A stretch of DNA of 64,000 bases from Isurus oxyrinchus (taxonomy: Eukaryota): contig JANJGN010000021.1 of the NCBI GenBank assembly GCA_026770705.1, positions 76,384,001-76,448,000 on the forward strand, read 5' to 3'. Below are positions 25,501 to 39,400 of the stretch, in pieces; positions within the stretch are counted from its first letter, which is position 1; each line of letters begins with the position of its first letter. The translations under genes were made by a program, and so were the position numbers. A model generated the notes under the pieces. The model saw only the letters and a program-made list of their open reading frames with translations, searched no databases and was not told where the DNA came from.

Positions 25501-28500
25501 CCCCCGTGCGAAGCACCAGGGCCCCCACTGCTGAGCGCCAGGGTCCCAGTGCTGAGTGCTAGGGACCCAGTGCTGAGTGCCAGGGCCCCCACTGCTGAGT
25601 GCCAGGGCCCCCACTGCTGAGTGCCAGGGTCCCAGCGCTGAGCTCCAGGCCCCCGTGCAGAGCACCAGGCCCCCGTGCAGAGCACCAGGGCCCCCACTGC
25701 TGAGTGCCAGGGTCCCAGCGCTGAGCTCCAGGCCCCCGTGCAGAGCACCAGGCCACCGTGCAGAGAACCAGGGCCCCCGTGCAGAGCACCAGGCCACTGT
25801 GCAGAGCACCAGGGCCCCCGTGCAGAGCACCAGGCCACCGTGCAGAGCACCAGGGCCCCCGTGCTGAGCTCCAGGCCCCCGTGCAGAGTACCAGGGCCCC
25901 TGTGCTGAGTACCAGTGCCCCTGCTGCCAAGTGCCAGGGTCCCTGTGCTGAGTGCCAGGGCCCCCGTGCTAAGTGCCAGATATCTAGTGCTGATCTCCAG
26001 GGCCCCCATGCTGAGTGCCAGGATCCCAATGCTGAGTACCAGTGTCCCCATACCGAGTGCCAGGGCCCCCGTGCTGAGTGCCAGGGCCCCATGCTGTGTG
26101 CCAGGGCCTCCGTGCTAAGTGCCAGGGCCTCCTTGCTGAGTGCCAGGGTCCCAGTGCTGAATGCCAGGGCTCCCGTGTGAAGTGCCAGGGCCCCCACTGC
26201 TGAGCGCCAGGGTCCCAGTGCTGAGTGACAGGGCCACCATGTTAAGTGCCAGGGCTCCCGTGCTGAGTGCCAGGACCCCCGTGCCGAGCGCCAGGGCCCC
26301 AGTGTTGAGTGCCAGGCCCCCGAGCTGAGTGCCAGGGCCCCCTGGCTGGGCATCAGGGCCCCCACTGCCGAATGCCAGGACCCCGTGCTGAGCGCCAGGG
26401 TGTCAGTGCTGAGCTCCATGGTCCCAGTGCTGAATGCCAGGGCCCCCGTGCGAAGCACCAGGGCCCCCACTGCTGAGCGCCAGGGTCCCAGTGCTGAGTG
26501 CTAGGTCCCAGTGCTGAGTGCCAGGGCCCCCACTGCTGAGTGCCAGGGCCCCCACTGCTGAGTGCCAGGGTCCCAGCGCTGAGCTCCAGGCCCCCGTGCA
26601 GAGCACCAGGCCCCCGTGCAGAGCACCAGGGCCCCCACTGCTGAGTGCCAGGGTCCCAGCTCTGAGCTCCAGGCCCCCGTGCAGAGCACCAGGCCACCGT
26701 GCAGAGAACCAGGGCCCCCGTGCAGAGCACCAGGCCACTGTGCAGAGCACCAGGGCCCCCGTGCAGAGCACCAGGCCACCGTGCAGAGCACCAGGGCCCC
26801 CGTGCTGAGCTCCAGGCCCCCGTGCAGAGTACCAGGGCCCCTGTGCTGAGTACCAGTGCCCCTGCTGCCAAGTGCCAGGGTCCCTGTGCTGAGTGCCAGG
26901 GCCCCCGTGCTAAGTGCCAGATATCTAGTGCTGATCTCCAGGGCCCCCATGCTGAGTGCCAGGATCCCAATGCTGAGTACCAGTGTCCCCATACCGAGTG
27001 CCAGGGCCCCCGTGCTGAGTGCCAGGGCCCCATGCTGTGTGCCAGGGCCTCCGTGCTAAGTGCCAGGGCCTCCTTGCTGAGTGCCAGGGTCCCAGTGCTG
27101 AATGCCAGGGCTCCCATGTGAAGTGCCAGGGCCCCCACTGCTGAGCGCCAGGGTCCCAGTGCTGAGTGACAGGGCCACCATGTTAAGTGCCAGGACTCCC
27201 GTGCTGAGTGCCAGGACCCCCGTGCCGAGCGCCAGGGCCCCAGTGTTGAGTGCCAGGCCCCCGAGCTGAGTGCCAGGGCCCCCTGGCTGGGCATCAGGGC
27301 CCCCACTGCCGAATGCCAGGACCCCGTGCTGAGCGCCAGGGTGTCAGTGCTGAGCTCCATGGTCCCAGTGCTGAATGCCAGGGCCCCCGTGCGAAGCACC
27401 AGGGCCCCCACTGCTGAGCGCCAGGGTCCCAGTGCTGAGTGCTAGGTCCCAGTGCTGAGCACCAGGCCCCCGTGCAGAGTACAAGGGCCCCCACTGCCGA
27501 GTGCCATGGTCCCAGTGCTGAGTGCCAGGGCCCCCGTGCTGAATGCCAGGGTCCCAGTGCTAAGCGCCAGGTCCCCCTGCCACATGTCAGGGCCCCAGTG
27601 CTGAACTCCAGGGCCCCCAAGCCGAGTGCCAGGACCCCTGTGCTGAGCACCAGGACCCCAGTGCTGAGTGCCAGGCCCCTGTGCTGAGTGCCAGGGCCCT
27701 CTGGCTAGGCGCCAGGGCCCCCACTGCTGAATGCCAGGTCCCCATGATGAGCACCAGGGTGTCAGTGCTGACTACCAGGGTCCCAGTGCTGAGCGCTAGG
27801 GTGCCAGTGCTGAGTACCAGGGCCCCCGTGTTAAGTGCCAGGGACCCAGTGCAAGTGCCAGGGTTCCTGTGCTGAGCACCAGGCCCCCATGCTGAGTTCC
27901 AGGTGCCCAGTGCTGAGCGCCATGTCCCCCTGCCGAGTGCCCGGGCCCCCATTCTGAGTGCCAGGGACCACCCGTGCTGAGCACAAGGGCCGCTGTGCTG
28001 AATACCAGGGCCCCTGTGCTGAGTGTCTGGGTCCCAGCGCTGAGTGGCAGGGCCCCCGTGCTGAGTGCCAGGGCCCCACGCTGTGTGCCAGGGCCCCCGT
28101 GCTAAGTGCAGGGCCCCATGCTGAATGCCAGATATCCATTGCCGAGCGCGGGGCCGCCGTGCTGAGTGCCAGGCCTCCGTGCAGAGCGCCAGGATCCCAG
28201 TGCTGAATGTAACAGTTTCCCCCGCGCTGAGCTCCAGGTGCCCAGTGCCGAGCGCCAGGTCCCCCTGCCGAGTGCCAGAGACCCAGCACTGAGCTCCAGG
28301 GTCCCAGTGCCAAGCGCCAGGTCCCCTTGCTGAATGCCAGGACCCCCGCACTGAGCTCCAGGGCCCATGTGCTGAGTGCCAGGGCCACAGTGCTGAGTAC
28401 CAGGGCCCCCGCGCTGACTGCCAGATCTCCCTTCAGTGCGCCAGGGTCCCAGTGCTGAATGTAACAGTTTCCCCCGCGCTGAGCTCCAGGTGCCCAGTGC

Positions 28501-31500
28501 TGAGCGCCAGGTCCCCTTGCTGAGTGTCAGGGCCCCTGCACTGAGCTCCAGGGCCCATGTGCCGAGTGCCCAGGCCCCTGTGCTGAGTACCAGGGCCCCC
28601 GTTCCGAGCGCCAGGGCCCCTGCGCTGAGTGCCAGAGCTCCGTGCAGAGCGCCAGGGTCCCAGTGCTGAATGCACCAGTTTCCCCCGCATTGAACTCCAA
28701 GGACCCAGTGCTGAGTGCCAGGACCCCTGCCGAATCACAGGGCCCCCGCGCTGAGTTCCAGGGACCCAGTGCTGATTGTCAGGGCCCCCGTGCCGAGCTG
28801 GATCCCCATGACAAGCACCAGGGCCCTCGTGCTGAGAGTCAGTTCCCCATGCTGAGTGCTAGGGCCCCTGGGCAGAGCACCAGGCCCCCATGCAGAGCGC
28901 CAATGCATCCATGCAGAGCACCAGTGCCCCCATGCTGAGTGCCAGGGTCCCAGTGCTGAGTGCCCGTGCCCCTGTGCTGAGTGCCAGGCCCCCAAGCTGA
29001 GCGCCAGGCCCCCGTGCTGACCGCCAGGGTCCCAGTGCTGAGATCCAGGTCCCCCTGCCGAGTGCCAAGGCCCCAGTGCTGAGCTCCAGGGCACCAGTGC
29101 CATGTTCCAGGGACCCAGTGCTGAGTACCAAGGCCCGCATGCCAAGCTGGATCCCGTGCCAAGCACCAGAGCCCCAGTGCTGAGTGCCAGGCCACCGTGC
29201 TGAGTGCCAGGGCCCCCTTGCTGGGCACCAGGGACCCCACTGCTGAGTGCCAGTGTCCCAGTGCTGAGTGCTAGGGTCCCAGTGCTGAGTGCCAGGGCTC
29301 CACTGCCGAGTGCCAGGTCTCCCGTGCTGAGCACCAGGTCCCTGTGCTGAGTGCCAGGACCCCAGTGCTGAGTGCCAGGCCCCTGTGCTGAGTGCCAGGG
29401 CCCTCTGGCTAGGCGCCAGGGCCCCCACTGCTGAATGCCAGGTCCCCATGATGAGCACCAGGGTGTCAGTGCTGACTACCAGGGTCCCAGTGCTGAGTGC
29501 TAGGGTCCCAGTGCTGAGTGCTATGGTGCCAGTGCTGAGTACCAGCGACCCTGTGTTAAGTGCCAGGGACCCAATGCAAGTGCCAGGGTTCCTGTGCTGA
29601 GCACCAGGCCCCCATGCTGAGTTCCAGGTGCCCAGTGCTGAGCACCAGGTCCCCCTGCTGAGTGCCCGGGCCCCCATTCTGAGTGCCAGGGAACCCCCGT
29701 GCTGAGCACAAGGGCCGCTGTGCTGAATACCAGGGCCCCTGTGCTGAGTGTCTGGGTCCCAGCGCTGAGTGGCAGGGCCCCCGTGCTGAGTGCCAGGGCC
29801 CCACGCTGTGTGCCAGGGCCCCCGTGCTAAGTGCCAGGGCCCCATGCTGAATGCCAGATATCCATTGCCGAGCGCGGGGCCTCCGTGCAGAGCGCCAGGA
29901 TCCCAGTGCTGAATGTAACAGCTTCCCCCACGCTGAGCTCCAGGTGCTCAGTGCCGAGCGCCAGGTCCCCCTGCTGAGTGCCAGAGACCCCGCACTGAGC
30001 TCCAGGGTCCCAGTGCCAAGCGCCAGGTCCCCTTGCTGAATGCCAGGACCCCCGCACTGAGCTCCAGGGCCCATGTGCTGAGTGCCAGGGCCACAGTGCT
30101 GAGTACCAGGGCCCCCGCGCTGAGTGCCAGAGCTCCCTGCAGAGCTCCAGGGTCCCAGTGCTGAATGTAACAGTTTCCCCTGTGCTGAGCTCCAGGTGCC
30201 CAGTGCCGAGTGCCAGGTCCCCTTGCTGAGTGCCAGGGCCCCTGCACTGAGCTCCAGGGCCCATGTGCCGAGTGCCCAGGCCACAGTGCTGAGTACCAGG
30301 GCCCCCGTTCCGAGCGCCAGGGCCCCTGCACTGAGTGCCAGAGCTCCGTGCAGAGCGCCAGGGTCCCAGTGCTGAATGCACCAGTTTCCCCCGCATTGAG
30401 CTCCAAGGACCCAGCGCTGAGTGCCAGGTCCCCCTGCCGAGTGACAGGGCCCCCACGCTGAGTTCCAGGGACCCAGTGCTGATTGTCAGGGCCCCCGTGC
30501 CGAGCTGGATCCCCATGACAAGCACCAGGGCCCTCGTGCTGAGAGTCAGTTCCCCATGCTGAGTGCTAGGGCCCCTGGGCAGAGCACCAGGCCCCCATGC
30601 AGAGCGCCAATGCATCCATGCAGAGCACCAGTGCCCCCATGCTGAGTGCCAGGGTTCCCAGTGCTGAGTGCTGGTGCCCCTGTGCTGAGTGCCAGGACCC
30701 CATGCTGAGCGCCAGGCCCCCGTGCTGACCGCCAGGGTCCCAGTGCTGAGATCTAGGTCCCCCTGCCGAGTGCCAAGGCCCCAGTGCTGAGCTCCAGGGC
30801 ACCAGTGCCGAGTTCCAGGGACCCAGTGCTGAGTACCAAGGCCCGCGTGCCAAGCTGGATCCCGTGCCAAGCACCAGAGCCCCAGTGCTGAGTGCCAGGC
30901 CACCGTGCTGAGTGCCAGGGCCCCCTTGCTGGGCACCAGGGCATCCACTGCTGAGTGCCAGTGTCCCAGTGCTGAGTGCTAGGGTCCCAGTGCTGAGTGC
31001 TAGGGTCCCGGTGCTGAGTACCAGGGCCCCCATGTTAAGTGCCAGGTCTCCCGTGCTGAGTGCCAGGGACCCAGTGCTGATTGTCAGGGCCCCCGTGCCG
31101 AGCTGGATCCCCATGACAAGCACCAGGGCCCTCGTGCTGAGAGTCAGTTCCCCATGCTGAGTGCTAGGGCCCCTGGGCAGAGCACCAGGCCCCCATGCAG
31201 AGCGCCAATGCATCCATGCAGAGCACCAGTGCACCCATGCAGAGCATCAGGGCCCCCGTGCTGAGTGCCAGGGTCCCAGTGCTGAGTGCCAGTGCCCCTG
31301 TGCTGAGTGCCAGGCCCCCATGCTGAGCGCCAGGCCCCCGTGCTGACCGCCAGGGTCCCAGTGCTGAGATCCAGGTCCCCCTGCCGAGTGCCACGGCCCC
31401 AGTGCTGAGCTCCAGGGCACCAGTGCCGAGTTCCAGGGACCCAGTGCTGAGTACCAAGGCCCGCGTGCCGAGCTGGATCCCGTGCAAAGCACCAGTGCCC

Positions 31501-34500
31501 CAGTGCTGAGTGCCAGGCCCCCATGCTGAGTGCCAGGGCCCCCTTGCTGGGCACCAGGGACCCCACTGCTGAGTGCCAGTGTCCCAGTGCTGAGTGCTAG
31601 GGTCCCAGTGCTGAGTAGCAGGGCCCTGTGTTAAGTGCCGGGGTTCCCGTGCTGAGTGCCAGGACCCCCGTGCTGAGTACCAGGTTCCCCTGTGGTGAGT
31701 TCCAGGTGCCCAGTGCCGAGCGCCAGGTCCCCCTGCCGAGTGCCCGGGACCCAGTGCCGAGTACCAGGACCCCCCGTGCTGAGCACAAGGGCCGCTGTGC
31801 TGAATACCAGGGCCCCTGTGCTGAGTGCCTGGGTCCCAGCGCTGAGTGGCAGTGCCCCCGTGCTGAGTGCCAGATATCCAGTGCCGATCGCGGGGCCGCC
31901 GTGCTGAGTGCCAGGCCTCCGTGCAGAGCGCCAGGATCCCAGTGCTGAATGTAACAGTTTCCCCCGCGCTGAGCTCCAGGTGCCCAGTGCCGAGCGCCAG
32001 GTCCCCCTGCCGAGTGCCAGAGACCCCGCACTGAGCTCCAGGCTCCCAGTGCCAAGCGCCAGGTCCCCTTGCTGAATGCCAGGGCCCCTGCACTGAGCTC
32101 CACGGCACATGTGCCGAGTGCCAGGGTCCCTGCGCTGAGTGCCAGATCTCCGTGCAGAGCGCCAGGGTCCCAGTGCTGAATGCACCAGTTTCCCCCGCAT
32201 TGAGCTCCAAGGACCCAGTGCTGATTGTCAGGACCCCGTGCCGAGCTGGATCCCCATGCCAAGCACCAGGGCCCTCGTGCTGAGAGTCAGTTCCCCATGC
32301 TGAGTGCTAGGGCCCCTGGGCAGAGCACCAGGCCCCCATGCAGAGCGCCAGTGCACCCGTGCAGAGCGCCAGTGCCCCTGTGCTGAGTGCCAGGGTCCCA
32401 GTGCTGAGAGCCAGGTCCCCCTGCTGAGTGCCAGGGCCCGCACTCTGAGCTCCAGGGCCCACGTGCCGAGTGCCAGAGCTCCTGTGGTGAGATCCAGGGC
32501 ACCAGTGCTGAGTACCAGGGTCCCCATACTGAGCGACAGGGTCCCTGCGCTGAGCTCCAGGTACCCAGTGCTGATCGTCAGGACCCGCGTGCCGAGCTGG
32601 ATCCCGTGCCAAGCACCAGGGCCCCAGTGCTGAGTGCCAGGCCCCTGTGCTGAGTGCCTGGGCCCCAGTGTTGAGTGCCAGGCCCATGTGCTGATTGCCA
32701 GTGCTCCCATGCTGTGTGCCAGGGTCCCCTTGCTGAGCGCCAGTGTCCCAGTGCTGAGTCCTAGGGTCCCAGTGCTGAGTATCAGGGCCCGCGTGTTAAG
32801 TGCCAGGGACCCCGTGCAAGTGCCGGGGTTCCTGTGCTGAGTGCCAAGACCCCCGTGCTGAGCACCAGGCCCCCGTGCTGAGTAACACTTGCCCAGTGCC
32901 GAGTGCCAGGTCCCCCTGCCGAGTGCCAGAGTCCTCGCACTGAGCTCCAGGGACCCAGTGCTGAGCGCCAGGGACCCTGTGCCAAGTGCCAGTACCCCCC
33001 ATGCTGAGCACAAGGGCCCCTGAGCTGAATGCCAGGGCCCAAGTGCTGAGCACCAGGCCACCGTGCAGAGCACCAGGTCCACATGCAGATCGCAAGGGCC
33101 CCCGTGCTGAATGCCAGGGCCCTCATGCTGAGCACCAAGCCCCCGTGCAGAGCGCCAGGGCCCCTGTGCTGAGTACCAGTGCCCCCACTGCCGAGTGCCA
33201 AGGTCCCCGTGCTGAGTGCGAGGCCTCCGTGCAGAGCGCCAGGTTCCCAGTGCTGAATGTATAAGTTTCCCCCGCGTTGAGCTCCATGGTCCCAGTGCCG
33301 AGTGCCAGGGCCCCATGCTGAGTGCCAGGTTCCCCATGCTGAGTGCCAGTGTCCCCATGCTGAGTGCCAGGGTCCCCATGCTGAGTGCCAGTGTCCCCAT
33401 GCTGAGTGCCAGGGTCCCCATGCTGAGTGCCAGGGTCCAAGTGCTGAATGCCAGGGCTCCTGTGCGAAACACCAGGGCCCCCACTGCTGAGCGCCAGTGT
33501 TCCAGTGCTGAGTGCTAGGGACCCCTTGCCGAGCGACAGGGCCCCAGTGCTGAGTGCCAGGCCCCCGTGCAGAGCACCAGGCCCCCGTGCAGAGCACCAG
33601 GCCACCGTGCAGAGCACCAAGGCCCCCGTGCAGAGCACCAGGCCACCGTGCAGAGCACCAGGGCCCCCGTGCTGAGCTCCAGGCCCCCGTGCAGAGTACC
33701 AGGGCCCCTGTGCTGAGTACCAGTGCCCCCGCTGCCAAGTGCCAGGGCCCCCGTGCTAAGTGCCAGGATCCCAGTGCTGAGTACCAGGGTCCCCATACCG
33801 AGTGCCAGGGCCCCCAGTGCTGAGTACCAGGGTCCCCATACCGAGTGCCAGGGCCCCCGTGCTGAGTGCCAGGGCCCCCGTGCTGAGTGCCAGGGCCTCC
33901 TTGCTGAGTGCCAGGGTCCCAGTGCTGAATGCCAGGGCTCCCGTGTGAAGTGCCAGGGCCCCCACTGCTGAGTGCCAGAGTCCCAGTGCTGAGCGACAGG
34001 GCCACCATGTTAAGTGCCAGGGCTCCCGTGCTGAGTGCCAGGACCCCCGTGCCGAGCGCCAGGGCCCCAGTGTTGAGTGCCAGGCCCCCGAGCTGAATGC
34101 CAGGGCCCCCTGGCTGGGCATCAGGGCCCCCACTGCCGAATGCCAGGACCCCGTGCTGAGCGCCAGGGTGTCAGTGCTGAGCTCCATGGTCCCAGTGCTG
34201 AATGCCAGGGCCCCCGTGCGAAGCACCAGGGCCCCCACTGCTGAGCGCCAGGGTCCCAGTGCTGAGTGCTAGGGACCCAGTGCTGAGTGCCAGGGCCCCC
34301 ACTGCTGAGTGCCAGGGCCCCCACTGCTGAGTGCCAGGGTCCCAGCGCTGAGCTCCAGGCCCCCGTGCAGAGCACCAGGCCCCCGTGCAGAGCACCAGGG
34401 CCCCCACTGCTGAGTGCCAGGGTCCCAGCGCTGAGCTCCAGGCCCCCGTGCAGAGCACCAGGCCACCGTGCAGAGAACCAGGGCCCCCGTGCAGAGCACC

Positions 34501-36365
34501 AGGCCACTGTGCAGAGCACCAGGGCCCCCGTGCAGAGCACCAGGCCACCGTGCAGAGCACCAGGGCCCCCGTGCTGAGCTCCAGGCCCCCGTGCAGAGTA
34601 CCAGGGCCCCTGTGCTGAGTACCAGTGCCCCTGCTGCCAAGTGCCAGGGTCCCTGTGCTGAGTGCCAGGGCCCCCGTGCTAAGTGCCAGATATCTAGTGC
34701 TGATCTCCAGGGCCCCCATGCTGAGTGCCAGGATCCCAATGCTGAGTACCAGTGTCCCCATACCGAGTGCCAGGGCCCCTGTGCTGAGTGCCAGGGCCCC
34801 ATGCTGTGTGCCAGGGCCTCCGTGCTAAGTGCCAGGGCCTCCTTGCTGAGTGCCAGGGTCCCAGTGCTGAATGCCAGGGCTCCCGTGTGAAGTGCCAGGG
34901 CCCCCACTGCTGAGCGCCAGGGTCCCAGTGCTGAGTGACAGGGCCACCATGTTAAGTGCCAGGGCTCCCGTGCTGAGTGCCAGGACCCCCGTGCCGAGCG
35001 CCAGGGCCCCAGTGTTGAGTGCCAGGCCCCCGAGCTGAGTGCCAGGGCCCCCTGGCTGGGCATCAGGGCCCCCACTGCCGAATGCCAGGACCCCGTGCTG
35101 AGCGCCAGGGTGTCAGTGCTGAGCTCCATGGTCCCAGTGCTGAATGCCAGGGCCCCCGTGCGAAGCACCAGGGCCCCCACTGCTGAGCGCCAGGGTCCCA
35201 GTGCTGAGTGCTAGGTCCCAGTGCTGAGTGCCAGGGCCCCCACTGCTGAGTGCCAGGGCCCCCACTGCTGAGTGCCAGGGTCCCAGCGCTGAGCTCCAGG
35301 CCCCCGTGCAGAGCACCAGGCCCCCGTGCAGAGCACCAGGGCCCCCACTGCTGAGTGCCAGGGTCCCAGCGCTGAGCTCCAGGCCCCCGTGCAGAGCACC
35401 AGGCCACCGTGCAGAGAACCAGGGCCCCCGTGCAGAGCACCAGGCCACTGTGCAGAGCACCAGGGCCCCCGTGCAGAGCACCAGGCCACCGTGCAGAGCA
35501 CCAGGGCCCCCGTGCTGAGCTCCAGGCCCCCGTGCAGAGTACCAGGGCCCCTGTGCTGAGTACCAGTGCCCCTGCTGCCAAGTGCCAGGGTCCCTGTGCT
35601 GAGTGCCAGGGCCCCCGTGCTAAGTGCCAGATATCTAGTGCTGATCTCCAGGGCCCCCATGCTGAGTGCCAGGATCCCAATGCTGAGTACCAGTGTCCCC
35701 ATACCGAGTGCCAGGGCCCCCGTGCTGAGTGCCAGGGCCCCATGCTGTGTGCCAGGGCCTCCGTGCTAAGTGCCAGGGCCTCCTTGCTGAGTGCCAGGGT
35801 CCCAGTGCTGAATGCCAGGGCTCCCATGTGAAGTGCCAGGGCCCCCACTGCTGAGCGCCAGGGTCCCAGTGCTGAGTGACAGGGCCACCATGTTAAGTGC
35901 CAGGGCTCCCGTGCTGAGTGCCAGGACCCCCGTGCCGAGCGCCAGGGCCCCAGTGTTGAGTGCCAGGCCCCCGAGCTGAGTGCCAGGGCCCCCTGGCTGG
36001 GCATCAGGGCCCCCACTGCCGAATGCCAGGACCCCGTGCTGAGCGCCAGGGTGTCAGTGCTGAGCTCCATGGTCCCAGTGCTGAATGCCAGGGCCCCCGT
36101 GCGAAGCACCAGGGCCCCCACTGCTGAGCGCCAGGGTCCCAGTGCTGAGTGCTAGGTCCCAGTGCTGAGCACCAGGCCCCCGTGCAGAGTACAAGGGCCC
36201 CCACTGCCGAGTGCCATGGTCCCAGTGCTGAGTGCCAGGGCCCCCGTGCTGAATGCCAGGGTCCCAGTGCTAAGCGCCAGGTCCCCCTGCCACATGTCAG
36301 GGCCCCAGTGCTGAACTCCAGGGCCCCCAAGCCGAGTGCCAGGACCCCTGTGCTGAGCACCAGGG
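10515..36365. repeat. Three tandem copies of an ~8.5-8.75 kb higher-order repeat (approx. 10515-19100, 19100-27620, 27620-36365)
   Basis: Identical or near-identical ORFs recur in triplets: 10871/19206/27958, 11555/19890/28642, 14931/23476/32228, 16887/25411/34121, 18916/27439/36149. Offsets are 8335-8546 and 8710-8752. Boundaries are approximate. Confidence 0.93.
17040..18925. repeat. 941-942 bp tandem sub-duplication inside each 8.6-kb unit (also at ~25560-27445 and ~34270-36155)
   Basis: ORF pairs 17053/17995 (942), 25577/26518 (941) and 34287/35228 (941). Confidence 0.9.
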
Positions 36366-36439
36366 CCACCGTGCTGGATGCGAGGGTCCCAGTGCTAAGA
36401 GCCAGGTACCCAGTACCGAGTGCCAGGTGCAGTGCTGAT

Positions 36440-39400
36440 TACCAGGGTCCCCGTGCCAGGTGCCAGTGCGCCCATGCTAAGTGCCAGGTACACAGTGCAG
36501 AGCGCCAGGGCTCCCGTGCTGAGCACCAGGGCCCCCGTGCTGAATGCCAGACTCCCAGTGCTAAGTGCCTGATGCCCAGTGCTAAGTGCCAGTGCCACTG
36601 TGCAGAGTGCCATGGACCCCATGCCACATGCCAGGCCCCTGTGCTGAGAGCCAGTCCCCTGTGCCAAGTGCCAGTGCCCCCTTGCTGAGCGCCAGGCTCC
36701 AGTGCTGAGTGCAGGGCCCCAGTGCTGAGTACCAGGACACCATAACGAGCCCCAGGCTCCACTGCTGAGTGCCAGGAACCGTGCTGAGTGCCAGGGCCTC
36801 TTTGCCGGACACCAGGGCCCCCAGTGCTGAGTGCTAGGGTCCCAGTGCTGAGTACCAGGGCCACCGTGCAGAGTGCCAGGGCCCCGTGCTGAGTGTCAGG
36901 GCCCCAGTGCTGAGTGCCAGGCCTCCGTGCTGAGTGCCAGGACCCCAGTGTTGAGTGCCAGGCCCCCATGCTGAGTGCCAGGCCCCCGTGCAGAGCGCCA
37001 GGGCCCCCGTGCTGAGTACAAGAGCCCGCGTGCTGAGTGCCAAGGCCCTGTGTCGAGTGCCAGGACCCCATGCTGCGTGCCTGGGCCCCAGTGTTCAGTG
37101 CCAGGCTCCCGTGCTGATTGCCAGTGCTCCCGTGCTGTGTGCCAGGGCCCACTTGCTGGGCGCCAGGGTCCCCACTGCTGAATGCCTGGTCCCCGTGCTA
37201 AGCGCCATTGTGTCAGTGCTGAGCGTCAGGATCCCAGTGCCGAGTGCCAGGGTCCCAGCGCTGAGTGCCAGAGCCCCTGTGCTGAATGCCAGGGCCCCTG
37301 TGCAGAGTACCAGGGCCCTCGTGCTGAGTGCCAGGGCCGCCGTGCTGAGCACCAGGGCCCCCGTGATGAATGCCAGGGTCCCAGTGCTAAGTTCCTGGTG
37401 CCCAGTGCAAAGTGCCAGTGCCACTGTGCAGAGTGCCATGGACCCCATGCCACATGCCAGGCCCCTGTGCTGAGTGCCAGCACCCCCTTGCTGAGCGCCA
37501 GGCTCCAGTGCTGAGTGCAGGGCCCCAGTACTGAGTACCAGGATCCCATGCCGAGCCCCAGGCTCCAGTGCTGAGTGCCAGGAACCGTGCTGAGTGCCAG
37601 GGCCTCTTTGCCGGGCACCAGCGCCCCACTGCTGAGTGCCAGGGTCCCAGTGCTGAATGCCAGAGCCCCCATGTTAAGTGCCAGGGCTCCCGTGCTGAGT
37701 GCCAGGATCCCCGTGCTGAGTGCCAGAACTCCTGTGCCGAGCACCAGGGCCACTGTGCTGAATGCCAGGCCCACGTGCAGAGTACAAGGGCCCCCACTGC
37801 CGAGTACCATGGTCCCAGTGCTGAGTGCCAGGGCCCCCGTGCTGAATGCCAGGGTCCCAGTGCTAAGTGCCTGGTGCCCAGTGCTAAGAGCCAGTGCCAC
37901 TGTGCAGAGCGCCATGGACCCCATGCCACATGCCAGGCCCCTGTGCTGAGAGCCAGGCCCCATGTGCCAAGTGCCAGTGCCCCCTTGCTGAGCGCCAGGC
38001 TCCAGTGCTGTGTGCAGGGCCCCAGTGCTGAGTACGAGGACACAGTAACGAGCCCCAGGCTCCACTGCTGAGTGCCAGGTACCGTGCTGAGTGCCAGGGC
38101 CTCTTTGCCGGACACCAGGGCCCCCAGTGCTGAGTGCTAGGGTCCCAGTGCTGAGTACCAGCGTCCCGATGTTAAGTGCCAGGTCTCCCATGCTGAGTGC
38201 CAGGATCCCCGTGCTGAGTGCCAGGACTCCCGTGCCGAGCGCCAGGGCCACCGTGCAGAGCACCAAAGCCCCGTGCTGAGTGCCAGGGCCCCAGTGCTGA
38301 GTGCCAGGCCCCCGTGCTGAGTGCCAGGGCCCCCTGGCTGGGCACCAGCACCCCCACTGCTGAATGCCTGGTCCCCGTGCTAAGCGCCATTGTGTCAGTG
38401 CTGAGCGCCAGGGCCCCAGTGCTGAGTGCCAGGGCCCCTGTGCAGAGCACCAGGCCCACATGCAGAGCGCCAGGGCCCCCACTGTTGAATGCCAGGGTCC
38501 CAGAGCTGTGCCTTGGGCCCCGTGCTGAATGCCAGGGCCCCCGTGCTGAGCACCAGGCCCACGTGCAGAGCACCAGAGCCCCCGTGCTGAGTACAAGAGC
38601 CCCCGTGCTGAGCACCAGGCCCCCGTGCTGAGCACCAGGCCCACGTGCAGAGTGCCAGGGCCCCCGTGCTGAGTACAAGAGCCCCCGTGCTGTGTGCCAG
38701 GGCCCTCTTGCTGGGCACCAGGGTCCCCACTGCTGAATGCCTGGTCCCCGTGCTAAGCGCCATTGTGTCAGTGCTGAGCGCCAGGGCCCCAGTGCTGAGT
38801 GCCAGGGCCCCTGTGCTGAGTGCCAGGGCCCCCGTGCTAAGTGCCAGGGACCTAGTGCCGAGTGCCAGGACCCCCCGTGCTGAGTGCCAGGGCCTTGTGC
38901 TGAGTGCCTGGGCCCCAGCGCTGGGCAGCAGCTCCCATGCAGAGCACCAGGGCCCCCACTGCCAAGTGCCAGGGTCCCAGCGCTGAGTGCCAGAGCCCCT
39001 GTGCTGAGCACCAGGCCCTCGTGCAGAGCGCCAGGGCCCCCGTGCTGAGTACAAGAGCCCCCGTGCTGAGTGCCAAGGCCCTGTGCTGAGTGCCAGGACC
39101 CCATGCTGCGTGCCAGGGCCCCAGTGTTCAGTGCCAGGCTCCCGTGCTGATTGCCAGTGCTCCCGTGTTGTGTGCCAGGGCCCCCTTGCTGGGCACCAGG
39201 GTCCCCACTGCTGAATGCCTGGTCCCCGTGCTAAGCGCCATTGTGTCAGTGCTGAGCACCAGGGCTCCAGTGCTGAGCACCAGGGCTCCAGTGCTGAGTG
39301 CCAGGGCCCCAGTGCTGAGTGCCAGGGTCCCCGTGATGAATGCCAAGGCTGCCGTGCTGGGCACAAGTGTCCCCGTGCTGAGCACCAGGGCCCCCGTGAT

